Virus record (IMG/VR): IMGVR_UViG_3300027793_000055
Span: 1 to 64,000 of that record
Source: a virus
Strand: one strand, 5' to 3'
DNA: 64,000 bases
In this document: positions 8,175 through 17,408 of the stretch, in pieces
Position numbering within the stretch: the first letter of the stretch is position 1
Layout of the letters: every line of letters begins with the position of its first letter
The notes under the pieces: generated by a model
Told to the model about the DNA's origin: nothing
Databases searched by the model: none
Seen by the model: only the letters and a program-made list of their open reading frames with translations
Made by a program: the position numbers and the translations under genes

Positions 8175-9152
8175 TCATTCTGCCCAAACTTCTGACCAAT
8201 CGCCTGTTAGGGCACCTTTTGCATAATCTGTTACTTTTTGTTCAAAGAAATTACTGTGTGTAACTCCTAACATACCATCTACCCAAGTTAAAGGGTTTTT
8301 CTTTACTTTAAAGATACCTTTTAAACCTAACATAATCAATCTACGATCAGCAATATAACGAATATATTGCTTTACTTCATCTTTTGTTAGACGCTCCATA
8401 TCGCCCATTGCAAAGGCAAGATCAACGAATTTATCTTCTAGTTCAACCATCTTGGTTGCAATTGTATAGATTTCGCTCTTTAATTGGTCTGTCCAAATAT
8501 GCTTGTTTTCTGATATAAACTCACGAAATAATTTAATCATACTTTCAGCGTGAAGTGTCTCATCAGAAATACTCCAAGCAATAATCTGGCCCATACCCTT
8601 CATTTTGCCATTGCGAGCAAAATTAAGTAACATCACAAAACTGGAAAAAAGCTGTAGTCCTTCTGTAAATGCTGAAAATGCTGCAATCTGTTGAGCAATG
8701 TTGTTGCCATCTTTTTCTGAGAAATTAGTAAAGTACTCATGCTTTTCCTTCATAGCTTCGTATTGAAGAAATTCATTATATGTTGACTCAGGCATACCTA
8801 AAGTTTCAATTAGGTGTGAATATGCCTGAATATGAATTGCTTCTCTAGCGGCAAAAGAACACAACATCATTCTAATTTCTGGTTGAGGGAAGTATGGTAA
8901 GTAATTTTTTACATATCCACCAGCTACATCAACGTCTGCTTGTGTAAAAAAGCGAAAAATATTAGTAAGAAAATATTTTTCAGATTCAGATAAAGTATTT
9001 TTCCAATCTTTCACATCTTCTAGAAGAGGCACTTCTTGAGGAAGCCAATGCATTTGTTCACTTTGTACGAATGCATCAAATGCCCAATCATAATTGAATG
9101 GTTTAAAATATACTCTTTCATCAGTTAGTTTTAATTTTTTTTTGGAAGCCAT
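8175..9152 (-). CDS. nrdB: Ribonucleotide reductase class Ia beta subunit
   Basis: HWLPQEV..D..DW, EAIH, EG..FSSF, DETLH di-iron ligands. Confidence 0.96.
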   Translation of the reverse strand: MASKKKLKLTDERVYFKPFNYDWAFDAFVQSEQMHWLPQEVPLLEDVKDWKNTLSESEKYFLTNIFRFFTQADVDVAGGYVKNYLPYFPQPEIRMMLCSFAAREAIHIQAYSHLIETLGMPESTYNEFLQYEAMKEKHEYFTNFSEKDGNNIAQQIAAFSAFTEGLQLFSSFVMLLNFARNGKMKGMGQIIAWSISDETLHAESMIKLFREFISENKHIWTDQLKSEIYTIATKMVELEDKFVDLAFAMGDMERLTKDEVKQYIRYIADRRLIMLGLKGIFKVKKNPLTWVDGMLGVTHSNFFEQKVTDYAKGALTGDWSEVWAE

Positions 9153-9155
9153 TTT

Positions 9156-10970
9156 TCAACCCTCGCATGCCAAGCATGTATTACCTTCTGCTAATTCTTT
9201 AAGATTTATTTCATCTTCAATCTTTTTACGCTCAACTTTTTGACCAACACGATCTGCTTTACGAAGTTTATCGCTTCGGCAGTAGTATAGCGACTTCAAT
9301 CCTTGTTTCCAAGCTTGGAAATGGACTGCATGCAAATATTTTATTCCTACATCTGGTCTAAAAAATATATTTACACTTTGACCCTGATCAACAAATTGCT
9401 GACGATCACCTGCAAGTTCAATAACCCATCGCTGATCAAGTTCTGGTGCTGTTTTGTATACATCTTTTGTATAATCATCAAGCCAATCTAAATGCTGAAC
9501 TGAACCATCATTTGAAATAATAGAAGCCCATACTTCATTTATATCAAGTTTTAGTTCTTCACATTTCTTTTCCAGAATTTTTTCAAGAAAACGATTTTTG
9601 TATATATGCGCTCCTGAAAGTGTGTCTTGCCTGAATACATTTGCACGATATGGTTCAATGCTTGGAGAAGTATTACCCATAATAAGTGAAGTAGAGGCAT
9701 TTGGTGCTAGAGCTAACATATGAGAAAAACGAACATTATAGCCATGCTTTTGAGCATCAGGACACGCTCCTCTTTCGTTGGCAAGTCTAACATTTGCTTC
9801 ATCCATTTTAGAACGAATATTCTTGAATATTTTCATATTGGCTGATTTAGCAAGAGCACTTTCAAATGGAATATGCTTTTTTTGTAGATAAGCATGAAAA
9901 CCAAGAGTACCAAGACCAACCGATCTTTCACGCATAGCAGAATACTTTGCCCTGCTAATAGTGTCTGGTGCATTTTCAATAAAATATGTTAATACGTTAT
10001 CAAGCATTTCAGCAATATCACTAATGAAAACTGCATCATCTTTCCAGTCATCATAGTATTCTAAATTTAGGGATGATAGACAACAAACTGCTGTTCTGTC
10101 CTTACTTGTAGGCAAAAAGATCTCACTACAAAGATTACTACCGTGTATTTTTAGTTCTTCTTTTTTTAGCCATTCTGGTAGTGCTTTGTTGGCTGTATCA
10201 ATAAAGCAAAGATATGGTTCGCCAGTTTGCATACGCATTTCAAGAATGCGCTGCCATATTTCTTTTGCTGAAACTTTTTCTTTTACAACATTACTACTTG
10301 GATCTTTTAGTTCCCAAGTGTCATCAGCATTTGGATCTAACATACACCTTTCAATGATGTTCATAAAATCATCAGTGATATTGATTCCGTGATGTAGATT
10401 TAGACAACGGAGATTTTGATCTCCTGTTGGTTTACGCATTTCTAAAAACTGAATAATATCTGGATGATTTACATCAAGATAGGCGGCATATGAACCACGA
10501 CGAGTCTTACCTTGACGATAAGCAAGAGAAGAAGCATCATAGATTTTCATATGAGGCATGATACCTGTTGATTTATCGCCGGCAGAACGGATTTGAACAT
10601 GAACACCTACACCACCACCAAGCATTGAAAGCCAGTTTGTTTCACTCAAAGTATCAACAAGACCTTCTGCCGAGTCTGTCATATAATTTAGAAAACAGCT
10701 GATTGGTAGACCTTTTCTAGAACGCCCAAAAGATAAAACCGGAGTTGAATATGAAAGCCAATGCTTTGACGAATAGTCATATAGTCGTTGAGCATGCTCT
10801 GGATTTGAAGAAAACTGTTGCGAAACAAAAGCAAAACGCTCTTGTGGTGAGTTTTCTTGTTCTGTCATATAAGACTCTTTTAGTCTTTTACGACCAAGTT
10901 CATCAAACAAACTATCACGTTCATAATCAACAATAATTCCATTAACTAACTTTGTCATATTAGGCTCCAA
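9156..10970 (-). CDS. nrdA: Ribonucleotide reductase class Ia alpha subunit (no N-terminal ATP cone)
   Basis: PISCFL, GSNLCSEI, APNAS, SLYYCR, C-terminal CLAC. Confidence 0.96.
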   Translation of the reverse strand: MEPNMTKLVNGIIVDYERDSLFDELGRKRLKESYMTEQENSPQERFAFVSQQFSSNPEHAQRLYDYSSKHWLSYSTPVLSFGRSRKGLPISCFLNYMTDSAEGLVDTLSETNWLSMLGGGVGVHVQIRSAGDKSTGIMPHMKIYDASSLAYRQGKTRRGSYAAYLDVNHPDIIQFLEMRKPTGDQNLRCLNLHHGINITDDFMNIIERCMLDPNADDTWELKDPSSNVVKEKVSAKEIWQRILEMRMQTGEPYLCFIDTANKALPEWLKKEELKIHGSNLCSEIFLPTSKDRTAVCCLSSLNLEYYDDWKDDAVFISDIAEMLDNVLTYFIENAPDTISRAKYSAMRERSVGLGTLGFHAYLQKKHIPFESALAKSANMKIFKNIRSKMDEANVRLANERGACPDAQKHGYNVRFSHMLALAPNASTSLIMGNTSPSIEPYRANVFRQDTLSGAHIYKNRFLEKILEKKCEELKLDINEVWASIISNDGSVQHLDWLDDYTKDVYKTAPELDQRWVIELAGDRQQFVDQGQSVNIFFRPDVGIKYLHAVHFQAWKQGLKSLYYCRSDKLRKADRVGQKVERKKIEDEINLKELAEGNTCLACEG

Positions 10971-10976
10971 TCTAAA

Positions 10977-11441
10977 TTATTTTTTTCTATGTACTAAATG
11001 ATCTGCTGCATAAATAGCTGCCACGTTCTGTGGTTTGTAGAAAGCTGGGAAGCCGCAACTTGTAGCATATCCAATTGCAGAATTTAACAACTTGTTTGAA
11101 CGATGTTCTGGATCTGAATTTAGATCCAGATCTACTGCCTCAATATCAATATTGAATTGCTCTCTGAGATAAGATGCAAAAGAAACGGCTTTTTCTACCT
11201 CATACCAAAGGCGTCTATATATATCCTCTATTTTTGGTACTTTATCTTTTAAATAGACAATAAAAGCACCACTATTATTTGGATGTACGCCGACCAACAC
11301 AGTAATATAGATAGTCTTATCACGAACATTTAAACTGTCACAGCCTACACGATATTTGATACTCGGTGATTTTGTTTTTAAAAAATCAGACAACAATACA
11401 GGATCGTTTGAACCATATGTTTTTATTTTAATGTTTGTCAT
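10977..11441 (-). CDS. RNase H-like YkuK family protein
   Basis: VGCDS, RRLWYEV, VDLDLN, AADHL motifs. Confidence 0.75.
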   Translation of the reverse strand: MTNIKIKTYGSNDPVLLSDFLKTKSPSIKYRVGCDSLNVRDKTIYITVLVGVHPNNSGAFIVYLKDKVPKIEDIYRRLWYEVEKAVSFASYLREQFNIDIEAVDLDLNSDPEHRSNKLLNSAIGYATSCGFPAFYKPQNVAAIYAADHLVHRKK

Positions 11442-11445
11442 AAAA

Positions 11446-12843
11446 TCAATTTGTTTCTTTCTTATCTACCGGATCGCTACTTTTAAATTGCTGATATTTT
11501 TCTTTGAGTTTATTTAATTGCTTTTTCGAAGCCTTCTTTTCAATTTCTTCTTTGCTATCAGTTGTTGGTTCAAACACTTTAATTTCAGCACAACTGGTAT
11601 CCATAAAAATAGGACATATAAGACCATCTGAACCAAAACGGTTTTTAGCAATCAACATACGACCAGCATTATTCTTTTTATCGTCGAGAGTACGTGATAC
11701 AGTAAAAATAAAGTCAGCAACGAAACACTTATTAAATGCTTCTGATATACTTTCAAGCGTATTTACTTCTGCATTTAGTCCACTTCTATTTGTTTGGGAA
11801 GCCGTCCAAATAGGACAACCTGTTTCTTTTGCAAGACCACGCAATTCTTCGTATATTGATTCGAGTTCTTCACGCTTTTCTTTACGACTTGAAACTGGCT
11901 TTAACAAATCACCGTAGTCAACAATAATCATACCAACTTGAATACCACGCTGTTTCAACTTTTCAAGATGGTTACGAATTGTACCAGTTGAGGCACTTTT
12001 TGTTGGATACTCTTTGATAATCAGTTTGCCTTTTACATCTTTAATCTTTTCAAAGATTACGTCTTTCTTGGCGTGCAAGGCATCAAGTGGAATTCCGGTG
12101 ATTGCACTATCATAACGTAAGCCAATTGTTTTGTCATCTAGTTCTAGTGTATAATGTACAACAGTTTTACCTGCTTTTACTGCTTGTGCACCAAGATGGA
12201 CAAGTACAAATGATTTACCTGCACCAGTTGGTGCAATAACTACTCCTAATTCACCACGACCCAAACCACCACGCATAAATCCATCAAATACATCCCATCC
12301 TGTTGTTACAACATTACGAGCCTTAAGTTCATAACGCTGTTCAAAGTGTTCATCATACGAATAACCAAAGTCACTATTTGTGCCAAGCTTAATTGCATTG
12401 TCAATTAATTGACGAATTTCTTCAAAAGAAGACTGTTTCAAAAGTTCAACACTCTTGATCATCGCTTCTTTTAGTTTTTGCTTCTTACAAAATTCAACTG
12501 AATTTGTTTTCACATACTCATCATCAACAGTATTTGTGTTAGTGATAAACCGTGCATAAAATTCACGAACTTGCTTCTGTAAAGCTTCATTTTCTTCTTC
12601 CATCTCAGAACGAAGAATAGTTTCTACTGTTGCTTGACTTGGATATTTACCAAATTTATTTTTGTAATCAAAGATCTTTTTTGTAAAAAGACGTAGATAC
12701 TTTAATTCAAAAAAATTATAGTCCAATACTTCACCAATTTGGTTGGCAAAGATTGGATCTTGCATAATAAGAAATGCTAATTTTTCCTGAAATTGTTTTC
12801 CAAAAGAAGAAAAATTAGTCTCACCTTGTTCTACTTCAATCAT
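11446..12843 (-). CDS. dnaB: DnaB-like replicative helicase (gp41-like)
   Basis: Walker A APTGAGKS, IIVDYGD, TASQTNR, KNRFG. Confidence 0.92.
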   Translation of the reverse strand: MIEVEQGETNFSSFGKQFQEKLAFLIMQDPIFANQIGEVLDYNFFELKYLRLFTKKIFDYKNKFGKYPSQATVETILRSEMEEENEALQKQVREFYARFITNTNTVDDEYVKTNSVEFCKKQKLKEAMIKSVELLKQSSFEEIRQLIDNAIKLGTNSDFGYSYDEHFEQRYELKARNVVTTGWDVFDGFMRGGLGRGELGVVIAPTGAGKSFVLVHLGAQAVKAGKTVVHYTLELDDKTIGLRYDSAITGIPLDALHAKKDVIFEKIKDVKGKLIIKEYPTKSASTGTIRNHLEKLKQRGIQVGMIIVDYGDLLKPVSSRKEKREELESIYEELRGLAKETGCPIWTASQTNRSGLNAEVNTLESISEAFNKCFVADFIFTVSRTLDDKKNNAGRMLIAKNRFGSDGLICPIFMDTSCAEIKVFEPTTDSKEEIEKKASKKQLNKLKEKYQQFKSSDPVDKKETN

Positions 12844-13111
12844 CTAGTTTCTCCAAATCATAATAATAAACCCACCCTTGAGTTTGATCCTGTTGTAAGA
12901 ATACATAATATCTATCTCTACTCATGGTATCAAATTCACCGCTTCTCTGTAAAATAATACAAATTTGTTTTTCCGAAGAGAAACAAATTAATTCATCTCC
13001 ACTGAGAATTCGGCCAGCATGGATGGCTGCACCATTCCTTATTACAGCTGTCTGGCCAACACCAAATTCGAATTTCGAAGTCATCCTATCACAAACCTTT
13101 GTGATCTGCAA
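12836..13111 (-). CDS. Small hypothetical protein, SH3-like
   Basis: 91-aa ORF coupled to neighbours. Confidence 0.55.
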   Translation of the reverse strand: MQITKVCDRMTSKFEFGVGQTAVIRNGAAIHAGRILSGDELICFSSEKQICIILQRSGEFDTMSRDRYYVFLQQDQTQGWVYYYDLEKLDD

Positions 13112-14078
13112 TGATCTTCTTTAGGGCAGCATAAAGTTCATCAAATTTAACTTCACCAAAACCATCTTCAATCATCATTTTACGGACTTCTGTTAAGTTA
13201 AATTCTGGATTATAATTATCCAGAGAAAAGTCAACCTTCTTCAAGACCTGATAAGACATATTTGGTGATTTAAGCTGCATCACACTAAAATTAGTATGAA
13301 CCTGTTCTGCTGCATCAAGAATATTCTGAAACAGTTTTAGTTTAGAACCTTCATCAAGTTGTTGCTTGCAGAAATTCAATACATCTTCTGTAATATATTC
13401 TTTTTCTTCAACAAGAAAAGGAATACGTTTTGCAATTGTTGTTAGACCAAGACCCTTTACACCATCAATATTATCTGATGGATCGCCAGCCATTGCACGG
13501 GCAATAGCAAAGTTATTTGGGTGAATACCAAATTCTTCCAAAACAGATTTAGTTGTCATTACCTGATTCTGAATTGGCCTGAATAGGACAGTATTTTTAT
13601 CACAAAGTTGAATAAAGTCTTTGTCTGAGGATACAATTACTTTGTCCCAATCTTTGAACTTTTCGTGTTGAGCAACAACCGAAATAAGATCATCTGCTTC
13701 TACTTCCCTTTCCAGAAACTGCATAATTGGCATACAGTTGAGGTATTCAATAGTGCGAAGTTGTTGCCAAACTTTATTATTAATCTCTTCTGATTCTGTA
13801 AGATTCTTAACATCTCGATTAAGACGAATCGGCTTACGACCATCCTTGTAGTCCTTAATAATTAACTTTTTCTTTTTACTGCCGCCGGGTCCATCCCAAA
13901 CAACAACAATACCGTTTGGTTTAACATCACGAATTAACTTCTGTAACGACTTAAAATAGCCCTTCAAGCCTCCAAGTGGTTGTCCGTGCGTCGACATAGA
14001 GGGGTCAACAACATAGTTGCGGATAAAGAGATTTAGAGAGTCAATAATCATCAGACGTTTTGGCATATGGTACCTCAT
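13089..14078 (-). CDS. 5'-3' exonuclease / flap endonuclease (PolI 5' nuclease, T4 RNase H-like)
   Basis: IIDSLN, VVWDG, EADDLI, SSDKDFIQL, GDPSDNIDGVKGLG. Confidence 0.93.
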   Translation of the reverse strand: MRYHMPKRLMIIDSLNLFIRNYVVDPSMSTHGQPLGGLKGYFKSLQKLIRDVKPNGIVVVWDGPGGSKKKKLIIKDYKDGRKPIRLNRDVKNLTESEEINNKVWQQLRTIEYLNCMPIMQFLEREVEADDLISVVAQHEKFKDWDKVIVSSDKDFIQLCDKNTVLFRPIQNQVMTTKSVLEEFGIHPNNFAIARAMAGDPSDNIDGVKGLGLTTIAKRIPFLVEEKEYITEDVLNFCKQQLDEGSKLKLFQNILDAAEQVHTNFSVMQLKSPNMSYQVLKKVDFSLDNYNPEFNLTEVRKMMIEDGFGEVKFDELYAALKKIIADHKGL

Positions 14079-14085
14079 AAAAGGG

Positions 14086-14112
14086 AAAACCCCTGATCGA
14101 TCTGATCAAGGG
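14086..14112 (-). terminator. Intrinsic terminator after the basic peptide gene
   Basis: cccttgatc-agatc-gatcagggg followed by TTTT on the minus strand. Confidence 0.65.
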
Positions 14113-14124
14113 TATCCCAAAGTT

Positions 14125-14220
14125 TCACTTCTGTTTACGGTTCTTTTTCATAGCTTTTCGCTTTTTAGAACCAATTTTACGCCTACCTTTACGTGGGCGA
14201 TTTTTATGTGGATGAGGCAT
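14125..14220 (-). CDS. Unannotated 31-aa highly basic peptide (MPHPHKNRPRKGRRKIGSKKRKAMKKNRKQK)
   Basis: Manual translation; AGGA RBS upstream, terminator downstream. Confidence 0.7.
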   Translation of the reverse strand: MPHPHKNRPRKGRRKIGSKKRKAMKKNRKQK

Positions 14221-14223
14221 ACA

Positions 14224-14454
14224 TTATCCTACCTTTCTTTCTTTATGGTTGAATGACATTTCTACAATAAATCCATTTTCTTTTTTTCCAGATTCATCTA
14301 CTTCAAAAGTCGAAGTTGAATCAAATCTTGATACACTCCTACGATCAAGAATGATACCTTTTGGTCGGCACCACATTGCTAGTGCTTCAAATACTTCATC
14401 TTGATTAAAAGTGTAAAGACCTTCACTTGTTTCTTTATCAAACTTACTGTTCAT
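14224..14454 (-). CDS. Hypothetical protein
   Basis: 76-aa ORF coupled to the upstream gene. Confidence 0.6.
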   Translation of the reverse strand: MNSKFDKETSEGLYTFNQDEVFEALAMWCRPKGIILDRRSVSRFDSTSTFEVDESGKKENGFIVEMSFNHKERKVG

Positions 14455-14753
14455 CTAACTTCCTTGCAATTTTCACAATTTGCATCCCAATGACCAATGC
14501 TTACACTACCTTTAAAGGTGTTTTTAGTAAAAATATTTTTAACATTTTTCTGAATGCGTTTTGCTACATCAAGTTTAGCAGTCATAAAAGTAGCATCACA
14601 GATCTCATCTGTCAGATCTGTAAACATAGAACTAAGAAGTCGGCGATCTCGACGTTCTAGAGAACGAAGAAACTGTTTTTCAGTATCTCCATTTTCATCT
14701 GTATCGAAAGTAACAAAAATTGTAAAATGTGGAATATTATCAAAATTAGCCAT
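14451..14753 (-). CDS. Hypothetical protein
   Basis: 100-aa ORF with AAGGA RBS. Confidence 0.65.
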   Translation of the reverse strand: MANFDNIPHFTIFVTFDTDENGDTEKQFLRSLERRDRRLLSSMFTDLTDEICDATFMTAKLDVAKRIQKNVKNIFTKNTFKGSVSIGHWDANCENCKEVR

Positions 14754-14764
14754 TTTATTTCCTT

Positions 14765-15260
14765 TTAGATAGCTACAAACTGCATTACTGCAAACTTACC
14801 ATGATGATCTTGACCATAACGATCAAGAAAATGATTGGTAATCATTGATGGTTCACCAACAAGTCCAATCATTTCACGATTACGCATTGTACAAATTTCA
14901 CCGTCATCATTCACATACAAAACCTTTGCAACGCCGGCCTTCTTCAAGGCATGTTGACAAAGAGGACACGGCTTACCATTCTTGTTTTCTCGGGCAGTTG
15001 GTGAAGTCGTGTTATTAAACCGATAAATATAGATTTTTGAACCCTTTGCCTTTTCGCCCAACTTATCCAAAAGATCAATCTCAGCGTGCATCGAACACTT
15101 AAAGACTGACCGGTTCTTGGAATACCGCCTCTGGTTAACACCAAAAGCCAAAGGCTTACCACCAGAAATGGCAAAAGCTACAATCTGATGCTGAAGGGAG
15201 TCATCACGATACTGTGATGCCAGATCTTCAGCGAGGTTCTAGAAATTCAAGATACTTCAT
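14765..15260 (-). pseudogene. Zn-dependent CMP/dCMP-type deaminase with a 1-nt frameshift near codon 7
   Basis: HAEID and KPCPLC motifs; AGGAG RBS plus ATG at 15260 is one base out of frame with the body (496 nt). Confidence 0.75.
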
Positions 15261-15322
15261 AATATCAAGCTCCTGTAGTTAATGGAAGAACAGGCAAAAC
15301 AAACAGCCTCTTCCGCAGATTC

Positions 15323-15351
15323 ATCTTACCACGGAAGAGGCCGGTTGTCAA
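15323..15351 (-). promoter_or_regulatory. Sigma70-type promoter TTGACA-N17-TAAGAT overlapped by a 10-bp inverted repeat (15306-15315/15332-15341)
   Basis: Direct reading of the minus strand. Confidence 0.8.
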
Positions 15352-15366
15352 GCCACACGAACTTTT

Positions 15367-16497
15367 TCACTCACCATTTTCATCTGATTCTGATGAATCC
15401 TGTTTATCATAGAATTGTGAGGCTTCTCCTTCTCTTTTATCAAACTTAAGAATAACTTCTTCATTCAACAATTCGAATATTCGCTCACGAAACTTTGGTT
15501 CTTTCATTTTAGCTGCCCAATCAGCAGAACGGAATTTTTCACTTGAACCATCACTATGTTCAAGTGTATTCCAAGCACCAACAGTTAGGCTTGGTGATGA
15601 TTTAATCGCTTCAAATAGTGATTCATCATCAAGAACACCAACACGATCTGCCCACATAATCTGGAATTCACAAGAACGACCCTGTGTACCAAATCGCGAT
15701 TTTTCTAATCGTGCTTTTACTAGTGAACCAATACGAAACCCTTTTGAATCATTAACAAAACTATCTTTTGCTTTTGAGCCAGTTAGCCAAATACGAAGAC
15801 TATAGGCATATGCTGGTGATTTACCGCCAGGTGTAAAAAACTTTTGTGACTGAGTCAGATACTTGGCGTTTCCTTCTGCTGCTAGATTTAATTTAAGCTG
15901 ATTAAGAATGAGTAGTGTTGATTTGCTTTCGGCAATTGGAATTGTTAATTTCGAGAAACCTTTTGAAAGAATACGTGCTTTCATGGCCATAGAAGACTGT
16001 GGATTAAAATCACCCTCAACATCTGTGACTGTTGGTGTCATCGCCAAAGAATCCCAAATAAACAAAAACCGGTTTCCACCATTCTTCAAAAGTTCTTCAA
16101 TTTGTTCTAAAACAGCTTCTACTGAAATTGCCTGAATATAAAGAAGGTTTTCTAGATCACAGCCAGCATTTTGCAAAAACTGTGGATCAATAGCACTTTC
16201 ACTATCAAAATACACCGGTACAATACCCATTTTTTGGGCATTTGCAGCTACTTGTGCTGCCATATAGCTTTTACCAGTTGCTTCTTCACCAGCAATTTCA
16301 CTAATTTTACCAACAGGAATACCGGCTTTTTTACCACGGCAAATAATTGAATCTAGCCAAGTTGATCCGGTTGATATCCACTCTGTTACTTCTGTAGGAT
16401 TTTCTTCTTCTAGATCATGAGCAACATTCATACCTGCTTTTTTATTCAGCAAGGTTCTCATTTCACTAATTGATAGTTTTCCGGCCTTAAGACCCAT
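15367..16497 (-). CDS. recA: RecA/UvsX recombinase
   Basis: STGS..LD, GKISEIAGEEATGKS, YFDSE, WDS, LNQ, TPGG motifs. Confidence 0.93.
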   Translation of the reverse strand: MGLKAGKLSISEMRTLLNKKAGMNVAHDLEEENPTEVTEWISTGSTWLDSIICRGKKAGIPVGKISEIAGEEATGKSYMAAQVAANAQKMGIVPVYFDSESAIDPQFLQNAGCDLENLLYIQAISVEAVLEQIEELLKNGGNRFLFIWDSLAMTPTVTDVEGDFNPQSSMAMKARILSKGFSKLTIPIAESKSTLLILNQLKLNLAAEGNAKYLTQSQKFFTPGGKSPAYAYSLRIWLTGSKAKDSFVNDSKGFRIGSLVKARLEKSRFGTQGRSCEFQIMWADRVGVLDDESLFEAIKSSPSLTVGAWNTLEHSDGSSEKFRSADWAAKMKEPKFRERIFELLNEEVILKFDKREGEASQFYDKQDSSESDENGE

Positions 16498-16507
16498 TTT
16501 TTACTCC

Positions 16508-16547
16508 TATAAAAAAAGGCAGTACAATTTTACTTATACTGCCTTTT
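16508..16547 (-). terminator. Intrinsic terminator after the SSB gene
   Basis: aaaggcagta...tactgccttt followed by a T tract on the minus strand. Confidence 0.7.
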
Positions 16548-16569
16548 AGTTCGTTAAGTTGTTATAACA

Positions 16570-17313
16570 TCAATCTCGTAGAGATTTAAGGGCTGCATCG
16601 ACACTTGATGGTTCATCGAATTTTGTTACACCATCACTGTCATCAGCTTCTGCTGATTCTGCTCCGCTAAGGAACTGTTCAAGCAGAACTTTAATTTCTT
16701 CTACAGTACGACGCTTGTGTAGCTTATCAAAATCTGGAATACGGTCTAGAATATCTTTACAAGAGTCTGGATCCATATCTTTACACATCGGACTTGAACG
16801 ACGCTTCAAAGTAAGTTTTGTTTCTGGAAACTTCTTGCCAGATTTCTTACCATATTCTAGATCAATATCTACGCCTTCTTCAAGATCTGTTACATCGCCG
16901 TATTCTGGGTTTAGCACAGTTTCGATAAGGAACTGATAGGTTGACTTGCTATATCCCCAAATTTTGGGTCCATCCTTTTCATCACCACGAACTAGGATTG
17001 GTGAGAAGAAACGTTGCTTCTTGACCATTTTTGAAGCTTGTTCACGGCTTTCCTCATCTTTATCGTTATAGAGCTTTTGCACAAAATCACAAATTGGGCA
17101 AGGATCGCCAAAGTTTCCCTTTGGACATAGGATACTTTCCTTACCAAATCCATAATGGAAGAAGAAAGATTTAAACGGATCACCATCACCGGTTGGAAGA
17201 ATTCGGATTGTTTGAACACCTTCTTGTGGGGACCAGAATTTAGCATTTTGCTGTTTGCCACCACCTTTTAGGGCATCTAGTTTATTACGCATTTTTGAAA
17301 TATCAATAGCCAT
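16570..17313 (-). CDS. Single-stranded DNA-binding protein (gp32-like)
   Basis: IRILP..PF..FHY, CP..FGDPCPIC Zn site, acidic C-terminus; next to recA. Confidence 0.85.
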   Translation of the reverse strand: MAIDISKMRNKLDALKGGGKQQNAKFWSPQEGVQTIRILPTGDGDPFKSFFFHYGFGKESILCPKGNFGDPCPICDFVQKLYNDKDEESREQASKMVKKQRFFSPILVRGDEKDGPKIWGYSKSTYQFLIETVLNPEYGDVTDLEEGVDIDLEYGKKSGKKFPETKLTLKRRSSPMCKDMDPDSCKDILDRIPDFDKLHKRRTVEEIKVLLEQFLSGAESAEADDSDGVTKFDEPSSVDAALKSLRD

Positions 17314-17379
17314 TTTGTTTTCTCCGTTACAGCCTCAATTGGCCGAGTTAATACACGGTCTACAGTCGACCGCACCAGC

Positions 17380-17408
17380 ATTCTAGCACAGATCACTACT
17401 TGTGTCAA
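17380..17408 (-). promoter_or_regulatory. Sigma70-type promoter TTGACA-N17-TAGAAT (extended -10 TG)
   Basis: Direct reading; upstream of the SSB gene. Confidence 0.8.

Noticed and set aside
14944-15174. 76-aa minus-strand ORF overlapping the deaminase (also 18204..18422, 33814..33999, 34231..34551, 49691..49957 and nested ORFs in sbcC)
   Set aside because: Alternate-frame ORFs nested in better-supported genes, with no RBS or motif support.
15236-15245. TAG-to-Gln recoding (genetic code 15) to explain the deaminase break
   Set aside because: TAG ends genes normally at 19433 and 27221, right before the next RBS or start, and long ORFs are intact in code 11; a one-base frameshift fits better.
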